Shown here one piece after another: positions 23,332 to 37,470 of a DNA stretch of 64,000 bases. Numbering within the stretch: the first letter of the stretch is position 1; every line of letters begins with the position of its first letter. The stretch is taken from the NCBI GenBank assembly GCA_964187785.1, contig OZ076413.1, positions 49,168,001 through 49,232,000 on the forward strand, read 5' to 3'. This DNA comes from Amphiscolops sp. MND2022 (lineage: Eukaryota). The notes below the pieces were generated by a model. The model saw nothing but the letters and a program-made list of their open reading frames with translations. It did no database searches and had not been told where the DNA came from. The position numbers and the translations under genes are program-made.

Positions 23332-25352
23332 GTTGAAACATGTACTGGTTCTCAGTGAGTACAACAACTTTGGCAGACTGCAGCAGGTTTTCAACATGAA
23401 AAAACCATAATGCACATCTAGTTTTTCTACAATTCCATTACCTTTATTCAGTTCCCTAATATTCTTTTCCATTTAGTCTGCCTTTGATTTCGGGCCGAGC
23501 GGAGAACCAAGAATGATAAGTTCATCTTTCTTTGGCGTTTTGATCCCGGGGCAAAGTTTTTGGAAAGATGCAAACATTGTCGATAGTCGTTCTTCAGAGA
23601 TGTCACCATGGAAAAAGTTTCGCTTTTCGTGAGTTTAGTGTTGTGTTTCAGCGTCTTTTCCGCTTCAACACTTTTCTTGAGATCTTTTAAAACGGTTCTG
23701 TAATCATCACATAAATTTCCATCGTCAAGGTACCATAAGTTTATTTTCGACTCCAAACTGTCAATCAGACTCTGAATGGAATCCGATAATAGAGCGGGAG
23801 ACTAAGGATCTCGTTGCTGTGTCCCTTCAAAGTTTTGAATACTGAATCAGCGTAAGATAACTTGATTGACTGTACGCCGAGTGTGAGTACTTATAAAAAT
23901 AAGGGTATTTAAAAGTTTTCTCTAGCATGAACTGTGGGTTTATCGAATTGAAAGCGTTTTCAAAGTTAATTTTTAAAAGTATGTTTTCCTTGGACTGGGG
24001 GCTTTCTATCAAACAACAGAAAACATGTGAGGCCAATTCAGCGCCCTGTTTGGTGCCTACACCTACTTGTCGACATGTTTCTTCCTTGACGTGATTCGAA
24101 GACATAGTATTTGATATATTCTGCGGACAGCCGGTGGAAAGTATTTCCCAAAGCAATAGGACGAAGTCCTCCATCGGACTTTTAACGCAATTAATTTCGC
24201 ACCAAAGAAGTACGCCGCAGTTCAAAAGGTCTTTTCCCTTCGAGAATCACATTCACAGGATTTTTTAAGGCTCCGAGAAAGTTTAGTCCAGTTTTCCCGC
24301 ACAACTTGGCAGTCAAATCTTTCAAAACTTGGGGCGAAATGCCATCGAAACCTGCACTAGAGCGGTTGGGGAAGGACTTGATAGCCTTGTGCATGGAGAA
24401 CTTCGACGTTGAAAATCAATCGATATCGGTGGGGTCCGGAACAGAGCAATTTTCGCTCTGCGGATGTTTAACTTGAGGGCCGCGTAGTTGTCAACCGTGA
24501 AACCTGCAATCTTGTCGTCGCGTACTGCTATTCTGATTCCTACCTTAACATTATTTTCGTCTAATTTAGTGCAAATGGAACGCAGTCTTTGTTCTAAATG
24601 GCTTTTCTTCTGCGGTTTTATATCGTGTATCGGTTTTTCCTCCTTGACATCATCCCGGATACGCTAGTTGATAATTGCACTGAGTGATGACCTCTGATGT
24701 TTACCTCCTCGAGGTGGTTTTCCCAGAAAAACCGCTCAGAGAAGAGAGAAATGAGCACCACAATGCAATATTTGACGGGGTTTCACAAATATCAATAAAT
24801 TTGGATATCAAGTTTACAGCTAGGGAATCCGTGAAAGTTCAAGAACTCTTTTCAAGTGAACAACGCCTGAATTAAAAAGGGTGTCTGGTCTAAACTTATC
24901 ATCGTGACACTGAGAAGGGTGTTCGTTAAAGAGCACCTACAACATTTAAATTCGGCATTGCTCCGGGCCTCCGTTCTTGATTAATTGGCCCATTTTATAT
25001 TAAGTCATTCGTTGCAAAGCCTGCAATTTACCAAGTTTATCAACCCTGAAAGATTCTGACACTTCAGAGCGTTGCAGGTTTCGTTGTTTTTCATCAAAAC
25101 TCAACCTCGATACCAAACCAACCGAATTCTTAATTCTATCCCTTACAACACCAGAAAAATACCTGTTCGATGCTGCTTCTCAGGCCAAGGGCTTAACTTT
25201 AACGATAAAGCCATCAAATGTCGAAAGAATTGTCAAACCTACTCACTTGTGGATCACTCAGTGAAGGAAACATTATTTTTTGATATGACGTCATCAACAA
25301 TCAAGTCGCCCAATAGAGCGATAACTATCAACTATGTCTGATCGACTAATTG

Positions 25353-26877
25353 ATAGTATAGTATAGTATAGTATAGTATAGTATAGTATAGTATAGTATA
25401 GTATAGTATAGTATAGTATAGTATAGTATAGTATAGTACAGTATAGTATAGTATAGTATAGTATAGTATAGTATAGTATAGTATAGTATAGTATAGTATA
25501 GTATAGTATAGTATAGTATAGTTAGTATAGTATAGTATAGTATAGTATAGTATAGTATAGTATAGTATAGTATAGTATAGTATAGTATAGTATAGTATAG
25601 TATAGTATAGTATAGTATAGTATAGTATAGTATAGTATAGTATAGTATAGTAGTATAGTATAGTATAGTATAGTATAGTATAGTATAGTATAGTATAGTA
25701 TAGTATAGTATAGTATAGTATAGTATAGTATAGTATAGTATAGTATATAGTATAGTATAGTATAGTATAGTATAGTATAGTATAGTATAGTATAGTATAG
25801 TATAGTATAGTATAGTATAGTATAGTATAGTATAGTATAGTATAGTATAGTATAGTATAGTATAGTATAGTATAGTATAGTATAGTATAGTATAGTATAG
25901 TATAGTATAGTATAGTATAGTATAGTATAGTATAGTATAGTATAGTATAGTATAGTATAGTATAGTATAGTATAGTATAGTATAGTATAGTATAGTATAG
26001 TATAGTATAGTATAGTATAGTATAGTATAGTATAGTATAGTATAGTATAGTATAGTATAGTATAGTATAGTATAGTATAGTATAGTATAGTATAGTATAG
26101 TATAGTATAGTATAGTATAGTATAGTATAGTATAGTATAGTATAGTATAGTATAGTATAGTATAGTATAGTATAGTATAGTATAGTATAGTATAGTATAG
26201 TATAGTATAGTATAGTATAGTATAGTATAGTATAGTATAGTATAGTATAGTATAGTATAGTATAGTATAGTATAGTATAGTATAGTATAGTATAGTATAG
26301 TATAGTATAGTATAGTATAGTATAGTATAGTATAGTATAGTATAGTATAGTATAGTATAGTATAGTATAGTATAGTATAGTATAGTATAGTATAGTATAG
26401 TATAGTATAGTATAGTATAGTATAGTATAGTATAGTATAGTATAGTATAGTATAGTATAGTATAGTATAGTATAGTATAGTATAGTATAGTATAGTATAG
26501 TATAGTATAGTATAGTATAGTATAGTATAGTATAGTATAGTATAGTATAGTATAGTATAGTATAGTATAGTATAGTATAGTATAGTATAGTATAGTATAG
26601 TATAGTATAGTATAGTATAGTATAGTATAGTATAGTATAGTATAGTATAGTATAGTATAGTATAGTATAGTATAGTATAGTATAGTATAGTATAGTATAG
26701 TATAGTACTATAGTATAGTATAGTATAGTATAGTATAGTATAGTATAGTATAGTATAGTATAGTATAGTATAGTATAGTATAGTATAGTATAGTATAGTA
26801 TAGTATAGTATAGTATAGTATAGTATAGTATAGTATAGTATAGTATAGTATAGTATAGTATAGTATAGTATAGTATA
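25353..26877. repeat. (TAGTA)n microsatellite, about 1.5 kb
   Basis: Near-perfect pentamer array. Confidence 0.99.
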
Positions 26878-26895
26878 GGCTACACATCAAAACAC

Positions 26896-27310
26896 CACTA
26901 CACTACTACACTACACTACACTACACTACACTACACTACACTACACTACACTACACTACACTACACTACACTACACTACACTACACCTACACTACACTAC
27001 ACTACACTACCTACACTACACTACACTACACTACACTACACTACACTACACTACACTACACTACACTACACAACTACCAACATACACTACACTACACGAC
27101 ACTACACTACACTACACTACACTACACTACAACACTACACTACACTACACTACACTACACTACACTACACTACACTACACTACACTACACTACACTACAC
27201 TACACTACACTATACACTACACGTACACTACACTACACACTACACTACACTACACTACACTACACTACACTACACTACACTACACTACACTACACTACAC
27301 TACACTACAC
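26896..27310. repeat. (TACAC)n microsatellite running into the gap
   Basis: Noisy pentamer array. Confidence 0.9.
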
Positions 27311-27510
27311 NNNNNNNNNNNNNNNNNNNNNNNNNNNNNNNNNNNNNNNNNNNNNNNNNNNNNNNNNNNNNNNNNNNNNNNNNNNNNNNNNNNNNNNNNN
27401 NNNNNNNNNNNNNNNNNNNNNNNNNNNNNNNNNNNNNNNNNNNNNNNNNNNNNNNNNNNNNNNNNNNNNNNNNNNNNNNNNNNNNNNNNNNNNNNNNNNN
27501 NNNNNNNNNN
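27311..27510. other. Assembly gap (200 N)
   Basis: Run of N. Confidence 1.
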
Positions 27511-29037
27511 AAATATCCGCAAAAACCACAACTACGGTACAATAGATTGAAGAAACATCAGGCGTCAGTGTCAGCTAGTCTTTGACCTGCTAGGTGGCAC
27601 ATGGAAAATATGCAAACTTCTGAGTTTCTTCATCTTCTGGGCCATTTTCGGGTTCCGCTGGTAACTGGGATGTCTTCCAAGGAAGATGGCACCACACGGC
27701 GATTTCGGAGATACTTCTACTGCGGGGTGTTCTCTCTCGGGCTGCGTGGGGATTGTGGGGTGTCTTTTTCCTCTTTTCCATCATCCTTTTCAATTTCCAG
27801 TACCTGTCAGGTTGGCCATTTTGAATCGCACATTCGCATTTTTCATCGAATTTTTGTAAATTTCGTTCGCCGACTGCTGGACATTACAGTACCTTTCCTT
27901 TCTAATGTGGGGCATATTCGGTGTATGCACGCTCGCCCTCACCGTCGCAAAGACCAGCTCCCACTACGATCGCTTCGCGATCTCCGTTCTCGCTAGGTCT
28001 TTGCTCCTGTTCGACTTCGCTTAGCAAGATGGGAACATAAGCAGCCCCAAGGGGCCGCGGGGCACTAGAGGAAATGAGGAAATATCACAGGCACGTTTTG
28101 CACTTAAAAAAACTTTAGATATTATTCCTTTAGATACTATTCCGTTCTCCCCCTCGGGTCTCACTCCGCATTTTAGGTCCTATTCCCACTTTTTTAGTTA
28201 CAATTCCCGTTACAAATTAGTTTTAATTCCTGTTTGACAAAATACGAAATTAGTTCTATTTCACATGAACGTTTCAGAAATTTTGAGCATGTCAGTCTAA
28301 TTCCATTAGTTCTATTTCTTTAGTCCGATTTCCGTTTCCACTATAAAAATGGTCCAGCCCGGTAATGCTCAGTCCGCTCCCTCCACGAATATGCTGGGGC
28401 CCTCGGTTGAAGAAATGGAACTTTAATTTTGAGCGGACTTTTGCTTTCAGAGGCGGACTTGTGAATTTTCTTTTGTTGTTGTTCCTCCCTCTGTATTACT
28501 AGTAATGTTGTTTCATTGTGACGTTAAATTAATTTTGCATCAGAAAAGCTTGCGACAATTACGGAACTCCACGTGAGACGTCGGAAGTCCCCGAGAGAAT
28601 TCAACAAAATTCACGGTTGTTTTCCAATTCGCCCAACTACAATTATCCAGCAGATAAACTAGAGGCTTGGGTGGTTCTGAACTACGCAAATTTGAGTAAA
28701 AGGGGCATCTGTAAAAAAAGTGCTCTTTAGATTCTTCTTCTAACATGCATGGCATGTGCAGACCGGAGTAAAACACCGTCCAATATGGAACTGGAAGTTG
28801 CAAAGAACACTGTAATGCTGCGAATAGCTTATAGCAACGCCAGCATCGGACTGAGAAACGAAAACTGTGACCTGAAAAGCAACACTGGCATCTTGAAAAT
28901 CTGTGTGAAATTGTACCCAGGAAATAGTTTGCATGTCGATATTGGATTTCATTTTGGTGGAGAAAAAGTCGATCGAACTCATTCGAATATTTGGTCCTCA
29001 TGCCAAGCTTCAGAAAACCGAAGAAAAGGGGAAACGG
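27511..29037 (+). repeat. Copy 1 of a ~1.5-kb direct repeat (copy 2 at 33032..34560); contains a MITE half and a LINE 3' fragment
   Basis: Near-identical to 33032..34560. Confidence 0.95.
28540..29030 (-). mobile_element. LINE 3' fragment (C-terminal cysteine/histidine region); duplicated near 34060..34550
   Basis: ...FHIGRCFTPVC.C / EEESKEHFFYRCPFYSNLR across a frameshift. Confidence 0.55.
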
Positions 29038-32000
29038 TTTTGCCCGCCAAAATAAATACACGCCATTGCAAAAGCTATGGCAGATAACTAAAAATCATCA
29101 ATGTTGTATTTTGTAATCTGTTTATCTTGTTTTGATTCTGCAATTTTTGGTTTCTTAATTTTCTTTAATTTTAGCAGTGGGTGGTCACGTCTTGGTTGCC
29201 ATCATCCAGTGATGCTGTTGTACCATAGTACTTCAGGAATCTAAATGGAAGTCGTTGCCCAGAGAAAGGTCATTGCCCAAAAAGAAGAGTTTTTGGCGCT
29301 AGCCTAGCAGTCTCCCCTCAGGTTCGACACGAACAATGGGTTCTAGCACTGGAATAGCATTAGCAACTTTGGATACTCAGCATTAAATTCAAAAGGTTTT
29401 CAAACTTTCAATTTCGCACCAAAAATACTAGCACTTTGTGTTACTGAATCTGTATAAGTATAAAAAGCACTCATAAAAACAGATTTGGCATGAACCGGGG
29501 GCCCACCTCATAGATAAGGTTTTACAAAAGGCACGATAGCACTTGAAAAACGAAAAACAAAAGTAACAGCTGTAGTCTTGCAAAAGGGTCGTAGTTCATG
29601 GCCAACAGAAACTGCACAATAAATAGCACCAATCAGAAAACAGAGGTCAAAATTTCAAAAATATCACCAAATGTGAGGACCCATTCAGTCTATTGTGTTA
29701 GCAGTGTACGCTCAGTTAAATGTATCGTCTAGGTAGTATAAGCACCAGTGTATATGTAAGAGATGATAGTAAACTGCTTCTCTAGGTGATGGTTATGTTG
29801 TTGGCTATGGTAGACAAAGACCCATGGAAGTTTAAAATCAGGCATGATAGATCATTAAAACATGATTTGGCATTAAAAACAAGTTTCAGAGCAATCATTT
29901 GAAGTTTAAAAACATGACCGTTGGCCAAGCAGTATTCAGAGCTTCGAGGCTCCGGGTGTTTTATCATGCTCTGTGTTGATTTCTCTCGGGAGGGTACAAG
30001 GTACTCCCCGGGCCAACCTCTTGTCCGGTGCTTTCACATCGATATGGCTCGCACAACTGTGGTAGCGAGAATCAAGGAACACCTTAGGCATGAACTGAGC
30101 AACGAACACTGATTCTTGAGAAGCCTGCTAGTCTACGGACGTTAGGTTGTCTGAAAAGTCTTTTGGTCACTCATGCTGCCCTGTTTCTGGAGAGCACAAG
30201 TAAGGACGTAAATGTGATCAGGGACTGAAATTGGCCTTGGGGGTGAGTAGAAGGAAGGACACTGAGTTTGAAGTGATTTCTTGCCTCACGATTGTAGCAC
30301 GATCAGAAAAATCGTTCTTTTTCAACTATGGCAGTCACCACTGTACTTGTTGTTCTGTTTTGAGACGCACTGCGTTCAAAGTCTGAACCTCTAAAAGTGC
30401 CAAAAAACAAGCTACAGCACCCACAGGGCACACAAGGCATCAAGCATACGTGTTCATAACGAATAATTTGCACTTAGGTGACTTTGATAGCAGACAGGAT
30501 GCGAATTTCCATTTTCGGTTTTTCACCTCCATGTCTCGTAAGCAGTTTTTTTCGACGAACCCAAGATCTTAGGGTTGAGCCAGCTCTATTCCAAATGCTT
30601 CAACGAGACGTGCTATGGGTGGCTATGGTAGAATTAGTGTTCTTTAGGCCCTCACTTGCTACTACACCTACGCAAAGTTTTTTCGCCAATATGTACGCCT
30701 GGGAAAGATGAAAATCACTTGTAGAGCTAGTAGCGACCTGAAAATTTCACACCGTTACTATAATAGTTGAATTGTGGGGATTTAACCTCTGATTGTGTCG
30801 AAATTGACTTGGGGGCGCGTAACAGTGTTGTTCAAAAAATCGACTATGTCGTGAAACTTACACAAGTCTGTCAAACTCGCGTTCTAGGCCGCCTAGCTAC
30901 CTGAAGTCTGGTTTGCGAGCGTGACGTATGTTCACGTAACTGAAAAACAATATAGCGGGGTGCCCAGGTCAATATTCTGCAATCCGAATTGACAAAACTA
31001 TGATGTACCCTATATGTCATTTGTTGGGGTCTAAATTCACAAAAATGCCAATTTCTCCATGTTGGACAGTAGCAAGCTGCTCAAGATGCACAAATCGTCG
31101 GGATCTAGTGCCGTTTGTACAAAAATGCAAAAATTTCAGTGCTGGGATGTTCGCAAGGTAGTGCACTATGCTCAACTAAATATCGATTTTTTAGACAAGT
31201 TCGTACAATTTCTGAGCAAAGTTCCGGCTACGATCTCTTGATCACTAGTAACGCTAGCGCAACAAAAATTACACCACTAACGTAACTTTTTGCAGTCTAC
31301 ACGATGGTGCAATCCGTTTTGGGCTGCTCCTACTAGGAGATAATTCGACCTGTCTCAGGAATGTAACTCCAGTGTTCCGAAATTGTCACTGAAAAAACAC
31401 GTTTTTGGCAATTTCTCGGCAACTATTGGTTGGAATCACTCGCGCTTTTCTGCGTTTGCAACAATATACTCTATACAAACAGAAAATAGGCAAGCGAAAC
31501 CTGGCAGGTTCCAAATAAAGTCTCTAAAAAATTTCTAGTTCAACCTTTTACACTCTTTGAACAATGTGAAAAATACGTATTTTCCCTAGGAACTTTTTAT
31601 TTCTCGGTTCCCAGATCTTCAGAATAGTTCTAAACGTATTGTAGTAAGGGGTAATAACTTTATTCAGGGGACTGGGGTTGTTTCAATTATTAGTTTTGAT
31701 GTTATAACTCTCAGGTCTATGGGGTCCTCTACTCAGGTCTATATATATCAAAGAAAATCAAGGATTAAAGTTTCAATTTATTATGGGGAAAGCTAGAAAA
31801 CGTCCTGGCAGTAGTGTTTTGTACTACAAAGCTCGGGAAAAAGGTTTTTGTGCTGCTTTAGAAGCTTGGGATCAAACGCCCAAGGCGTCGCCCTTGTCAA
31901 AATTGGTCAAAATGGCCAATTTTGACGGTTTCTTAACAAAAATCGCTAAACTTTTGATTTTTCTCAAAATTTAGCTAAACAAAAAGTTTGGTTCCAGACC

Positions 32001-33031
32001 TGATATGTCTGTTGAAACGTTTTTTAGGTATTCCTACTGGCCGTACCCTCTTCTGAAAAACTTTGGCTTTTGAGAGTAACCAAGTTGAAAAACGAGCTAT
32101 ATCAGGTGTTATAGCTAACTCGCTAGATTTTTTTCAGAAAACAATCGGAATACCCAGTGGGTATTTTTCTCAGTTCCTTCTAATGCGGGTACGCCTGGGA
32201 AAAGGCTTTTGAAGCCACAAAAACAAAAAGGGGAATTGTATGCCAGTCGATTCGTCGTGATCCATCAGTGGGTCAAGAGGGTGTTGTGGTGAAGGACGTC
32301 TTTCCGACGTCACAGCTAATGGAGGCGCTCACACCACGTCCCTGTAGTCCCAATACATTACAACTAAGCTGAAATGAGGCTACAAAACCCTTTAAACAAA
32401 ATTCAGTTAGGCCGGATGGTTAATTTCAACAAACAGAAACGGTATCAAAACGGTACTTTGATATACATCGTTTATTTCTCGTCCCAGAACTCGGAAATAT
32501 GCAGGAAACGCAGGAATTCTGTTGGAAGAAAGTCTACTAGCTTGACAAAAGCAATAAAAAAATCTAGGACTCTCCAATAAGTTTTCCTAGATGTGGACCC
32601 TCCGTGCCGGAAAGCAGGAAAACCTCCTAGTACGACGCAAAAGTGAAAAAAGGGTCTCTTGTGGGGCGCCACAAAAAACTATTCTAGATGTAACGTCAGC
32701 CACCTTGCAGAGTACATCATAGAAGTGGGATAATGCCTAGGGTGCATAAACAGGAGACCGATGTCTTACTACAGCCCTAGACCTTAGTTCTTAATCCCGA
32801 AGTGGTCTCCTAAAAGGGACTTTTTCAAACGTCAAAAGAGGCTCCTCAGTTAGAGCACCGTGGCGACGTGCCGGCGCACTCAAAATTCGGACACGTCCCA
32901 CAAGCCTGTAAAAACGTACCTGAAAGTCCCTGCGACTTCCCACATACCTTCCGAGGTCCGAAAACAGGGGTTTAGCTAAAGTACATTTTAATTAACGTCT
33001 AATGTAAGAAAAAGAGGGGTTAGACATCACC

Positions 33032-34560
33032 AAATATCAGCAAAAACCACAACTACGGTACAATAGATTGACGAAACATCAGGCGTCAGTGTCAGCTAGT
33101 CTTTGACCTGCTAGGTGGCACATTGAAAATATGCAAACTTCTGAGATTCTTCATCTTCTGGGCCATTTTCGGGTTCCGCTGGTAACTGGGATGTCTTCCA
33201 AGGAAGATGGCACCAAACGGCGATTTCGGAGATACTTCTACTGCGGGGTGTTCTCTCTCGGGCTGCGTGGGGGATTGTGGGGTGTCTTTTTCCTCTTTTC
33301 CATCATCCTTTTCAATTTCCAGTACCTGTCAGGTTGGCCATTTTGAATCGCACATTCGCATTTTTCATCGAATTTTTGTAAATTTCGTTCGCCGACTGCT
33401 GGACATTACAGTACCTTTCCTTTCTAATGTGGGGCATATTCGGTGTATGCACGCTCGCCCTCACCGTCGCAAAGACCAGCTCCCACTACGATCGCTTCGC
33501 GATCTCCGTTCTCGCTAGGTCTTTGCTCCTGTTCGACTTCGCTTAGCAAGATGGGAACATAAGCAGCCCCAAGGGGCTGCGGGGCACTAGAGGAAATGAG
33601 GAAATATCAGAGGCACGTTTTGTACTTAGAAAAACTTTAGATATTGTTCCTTTAGATACTATTCCGTTCTCCCCCTCGGGTCTCACTCCGCATTTTAGGT
33701 CCTATTCCCACTTTTTTTAGTTACAATTCCCGTTACAAATTAGTTCTAATTCCTGTTTGAGAAAATACGAAATTAGTTCTATTTCACATGAACGTTTCAG
33801 AAATTTTGAGCATGTCAGTCCTAATTCCATTAGTTCTATTTCTTTAGTCCGATTTCCGTTTCCACTATAAAAATGGTCCAGCCCGGTAATGCTCAGTCCG
33901 CTCCCTCCACGAATATTGCTGGGGCCCTCGGTTGAAGAAATGGCAATTTAATTTTGAGCGGACTTTTGCTTTCAGAGGCGGACTTGTGAATTTTCTTTTG
34001 TTGTTGTTCCTCCCTCTGTATTACTAGTAATGTCGTTTCATTGTGACGTTAAATTAATTTTGCATCAGAAAAGCTTGCGACAATTACGGAACTCCACGTG
34101 AGACGTCGGAAGTCCCCGAGAGAATTCAACAAAATTCACGGTTGTTTTCCAATTCTCTCAACTACAATTATCCAGCAGATTAACTAGAGGCTTGGGTGGT
34201 TCTGAACTACGCAAATTTGAGTAAAAGGGGCATCTGTATAAAAAGTGCTCTGTATATTCTTCTTCTAACATGCATGGCATGTGCAGACCGGAGTAAAACA
34301 TCGTCCAATATGGAACTGGAAGTTGCAGAGAACACTGTAATGCTGCGAATAGCTTATAGCAACGCCAGCATCTGACTGAGAAACGAAAACTGTGACCTGA
34401 AAAGCAACACTGGCATCTTGAAAATCTGCGTGAAATTGTCCCCAGGAAAAAGTTTGCATGTCGATGTTGGATTTCATTTTGGTGGAGAAAAATTCGATCG
34501 AACTCATTCGAATATTTGGTCCTCATGCCAAGCTTCAGAAAACCGAAGAAGAGGGGGAAA
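33032..34560 (+). repeat. Copy 2 of the ~1.5-kb direct repeat
   Basis: Offset about 5521 bp from copy 1. Confidence 0.95.
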
Positions 34561-34562
34561 CA

Positions 34563-35533
34563 GGGGAAACGGAAATCGGACTAAAGAAATTGAACTAATG
34601 GAATTAGGACTAACATGCTCAAATTTTCTGAAACGTTCATGTGAAATAGAACTAATTTCGTATTTTCTCAAACAGGAATTAGAACTAATTTGTTACGGGA
34701 ATTGGAACTAAAAACATGAATTAGAACTAATTTGTTACGGGAATTGGAACTAAAAAAGTGGCAATAAGACCTAAAATGCGGAATGAGACCCAAGGGGAGA
34801 TCGGAATAGTATCTAAAGGAATAATATCTAAAGTTTTTCAAAGTATAAAACGTGCCTTTGATATTTCCCCATTTCCTCTAGTGCCCCGCGGCCCCTTGGG
34901 GCCGCTTATGTTCTCATCTTGCTAAGCGAGGTCGAACAGGAGCAAAGACGTAGCGGGAACGGAGATCGCGAAGCGATCGTAGTGGGAGCTGGTCTTTGCG
35001 ACGGTGAGGGCGAGCGTGCATACACCGAATATGCCCCGAATTTAGAAGGGGGCAGTTCTGAAAGTTTTCTGAGACATTTACGAAAGGTAAAATTTTATTC
35101 TTGAATGAAATGATTTGAGATCTGACAGTTTTATAAAATTAATGGAAGGAAAAAAATAATGATTGTATTAATTTTATGTTGATCAATTGTATTATGTTAC
35201 TTTTGTACTACTTTCATTGAGGTATAAGTGTCATTTCCTACTTTCATGTTCCACGTTTCCAATTTGAATTTTGTACTGTTTTCATCCGCTTCTGCGTTTT
35301 TTTGTTGTACCACTTTTATGTTGGATGTTTACAATTGAACATGTCGTGATTTTGTCAATTTGATCTCCGTAATTGCAAATTTTTCGTGCCAAAAGTTGTG
35401 TTAGTCCTATTTCAATTAGTCCTATTTCCATTAGTTCTAAGGCGGCACTAAAAAAGAATTAGTCATATTTCCATTAGTCCTATTTCAGTTTTGATTATTA
35501 GTCCTATTTCATTAGTCCGAATTCCTGTCTCCC
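34563..35533. mobile_element. TIR (foldback/MULE-like) MITE with GGACTAA/GAACTAA subterminal motifs; partial copies near 27.9-28.3, 33.4-33.9, 35.5-36.0 and 36.5-37.0 kb
   Basis: Left end GGGAAACGGAAATCGGACTAA; right end reverse complement GGGAGACAGGAATTCGGACTAA. Confidence 0.7.
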
Positions 35534-36063
35534 GAAACGGAAATCGGACTAAAGAAATTGAACTAATGGAATTAGGACTAACATGCTCAAAATTTCTGAA
35601 ACGTTCATGTGAAATAGAACTAATTTCGTATTTTCTCAAACAGGAATTAGAACTAATTTGTTACGGGAATTGGAACTAAAAACAGGAATTAGAACTAATT
35701 TGTTACGGGAATTGGAACTAAAAAAAGTGGGAATAAGACCTAAAATGCGGAATGAGACCCAAGGGAAGAACGGAATAGTATCTAAAGGAAAAATATCTAA
35801 AGTTTTTCCAAGTATAAAACGTGCCTTTGATATTTCCCCATTTCCTCTAGTGCCCCGCGGCCCCTTGGGGCCGCTTATGTTCTCATCTTGCTAAGCGAGG
35901 TCGAACAGGAGCAAAGACCTAGCGGGAACGGAGATCGCGAAGCGATCGTAGTGAGAGCTGGTCTTTGCGGCGGTGAGGGCGAGCGTGCATACACCGGATA
36001 TGCCCCACATATCATACGAAACGTTTCGGCAAATGTTTTTAGCCTGAGACGTTTCGGCATATT

Positions 36064-36158
36064 TTTTTGCCGAAACGTCCGCCGCCATGTTTTTGCCGAA
36101 ACGTCCGCCGCCATGTTTTTGCCGAAACGTCCGCCGCCATGTTTTTGCCGAAACGTCT
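36064..36158. repeat. 26-bp tandem repeat (TTTTTGCCGAAACGTCCGCCGCCATG) x about 3.5
   Basis: Direct reading. Confidence 0.9.
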
Positions 36159-36173
36159 GGAATCCGAAGAAAA

Positions 36174-36449
36174 GGGCGGGGGAATAAGATCTAAAGAATA
36201 AGATCTAAAATAATAAGATCTAAAATTGTGACGTGCTCAACTTCGAAAAGGGGAATAAGATCTAAAATTTTAGATCTTATCCCCTTAAAGTCTTATTCTT
36301 TAGAGAAGGCGAATAAGATCTAAAACGTATTGATTTAGATCTTTTTCCCTTTAGATCTTATTCCCGTCCTGAAATTTTAGATCTTCTTCCCTTTAGATCT
36401 TTTTGCCTTTTTGACTTTAGATCTTATTCTTTAGATCTTATTCCCCCCT
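36174..36449. mobile_element. AGATCT-motif palindromic MITE; related copies near 37145-37317 and 40935-41115
   Basis: GGGGAATAAGATCTAAAGAATAAGATCTAAA ... TTTAGATCTTATTCTTTAGATCTTATTCCCC inverted termini. Confidence 0.75.
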
Positions 36450-37317
36450 CTAATAAGATCTGGGGAAACGAAAATCGGACTAAAAAATAGAACTAATGAA
36501 ATTAGGATTAAGATGCTCAAAATTTCTGAAACGTTCATGTGAAATAGAACTAATTTCGTATTTTCTCAAACAGGTGTTAGAACTAAATTCTTACGGGAAT
36601 TGGAACTAAAAACAGGAATTAGAACTAATTTGCTATGGGAATTGGAACTTAAAAAGTGGGAATAAGACCTAAAATGCCGAATGAGATCCAAGGGGAGAAC
36701 GGAATAGTATCTAATGAAATAATATCTAAAGTTTTTCAAAGTATAGAACGTGCATCTGATGTTTCCTGTATCATTTTTTTGTTGATTAATTGCATTACGT
36801 TACTTTTGTACTACTTTCATGTTCCACGTTTCCAATTTGCAGCTTGTACCACGTTTCTATCCGCTTCTGCGTTTTTTTTGTTGTACTACTTTTATGTTCG
36901 ATGTTTACAATTGAACACCTCGCGATATTGTCAATTTGATCTAAGTAATTGCAAATTTTGGTGGTCCAATAGAGCTTGCCCAAAACTGTATTTTCATTGA
37001 AAAATTATTTAGATATTGTACCCGTTTCGCATTTTAGACCTTAGTTACGGTTCATGATTTTTAGATCTTAATTCTTCAGATCTTAGTTACGGAATTTATT
37101 TAGATCTTATTCCTTAAACCTTAGTTATGGTCTCCAAAACGATGGAAGGGGGGATAAAGTATAAAGAATGAGATTTGAAAAGCGGAATAGGATCTAAAAT
37201 TTTAGATCTTATTCCCTTTAAATCTCATTTTTAAGAAGGGGGAATGAGATCTAAATTTTAGTGATTTTAGATCTTATTCCCTTGAGATATCATTCCCGTC
37301 CTGAAAATTTAGATCCT

Positions 37318-37470
37318 ATCGATAAATGTGGCGTCGGGGTTAAATTTGATAATATAGAGATCCTGGACAGTGTCTGCAACTTGAAATTGTTACTCACATT
37401 GGAAGCATTTTACATTCGGCAACGGCGACCTGGACTGAACACTCGAGATGAATTTCGAAGTCGCGCTCTC
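37318..37470 (+). mobile_element. Penelope-like element fragment (GIY-YIG endonuclease C-terminus)
   Basis: IEILDSVCNLKLLLTLEAFYIRQRRPGLNTRDEFRSR. Confidence 0.65.

Larger units (their letters stand above)
21920..24900 (-). mobile_element. Decayed non-LTR retrotransposon, CRE-like
   Basis: RT fragments AIKSFPNRSSAGFDG, QVGVGTKQGAE, KINFENAFNSI, WYLDDG, LALPAEMGSLGV, SQWLNVVP..LG and DGLHGL; heavily frameshifted. Confidence 0.8.

Noticed and set aside
25353..26877. Telomeric repeat
   Set aside because: TAGTA lacks the G-run of telomerase repeats and is internal to the scaffold.
26708..27542. YYTIL-repeat ORF and poly-X ORFs
   Set aside because: Translations of a microsatellite and of the N gap.
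29040..33031. Hidden coding gene in the inter-repeat region
   Set aside because: Only short ORFs with no recognisable motifs or consistent exon chain.
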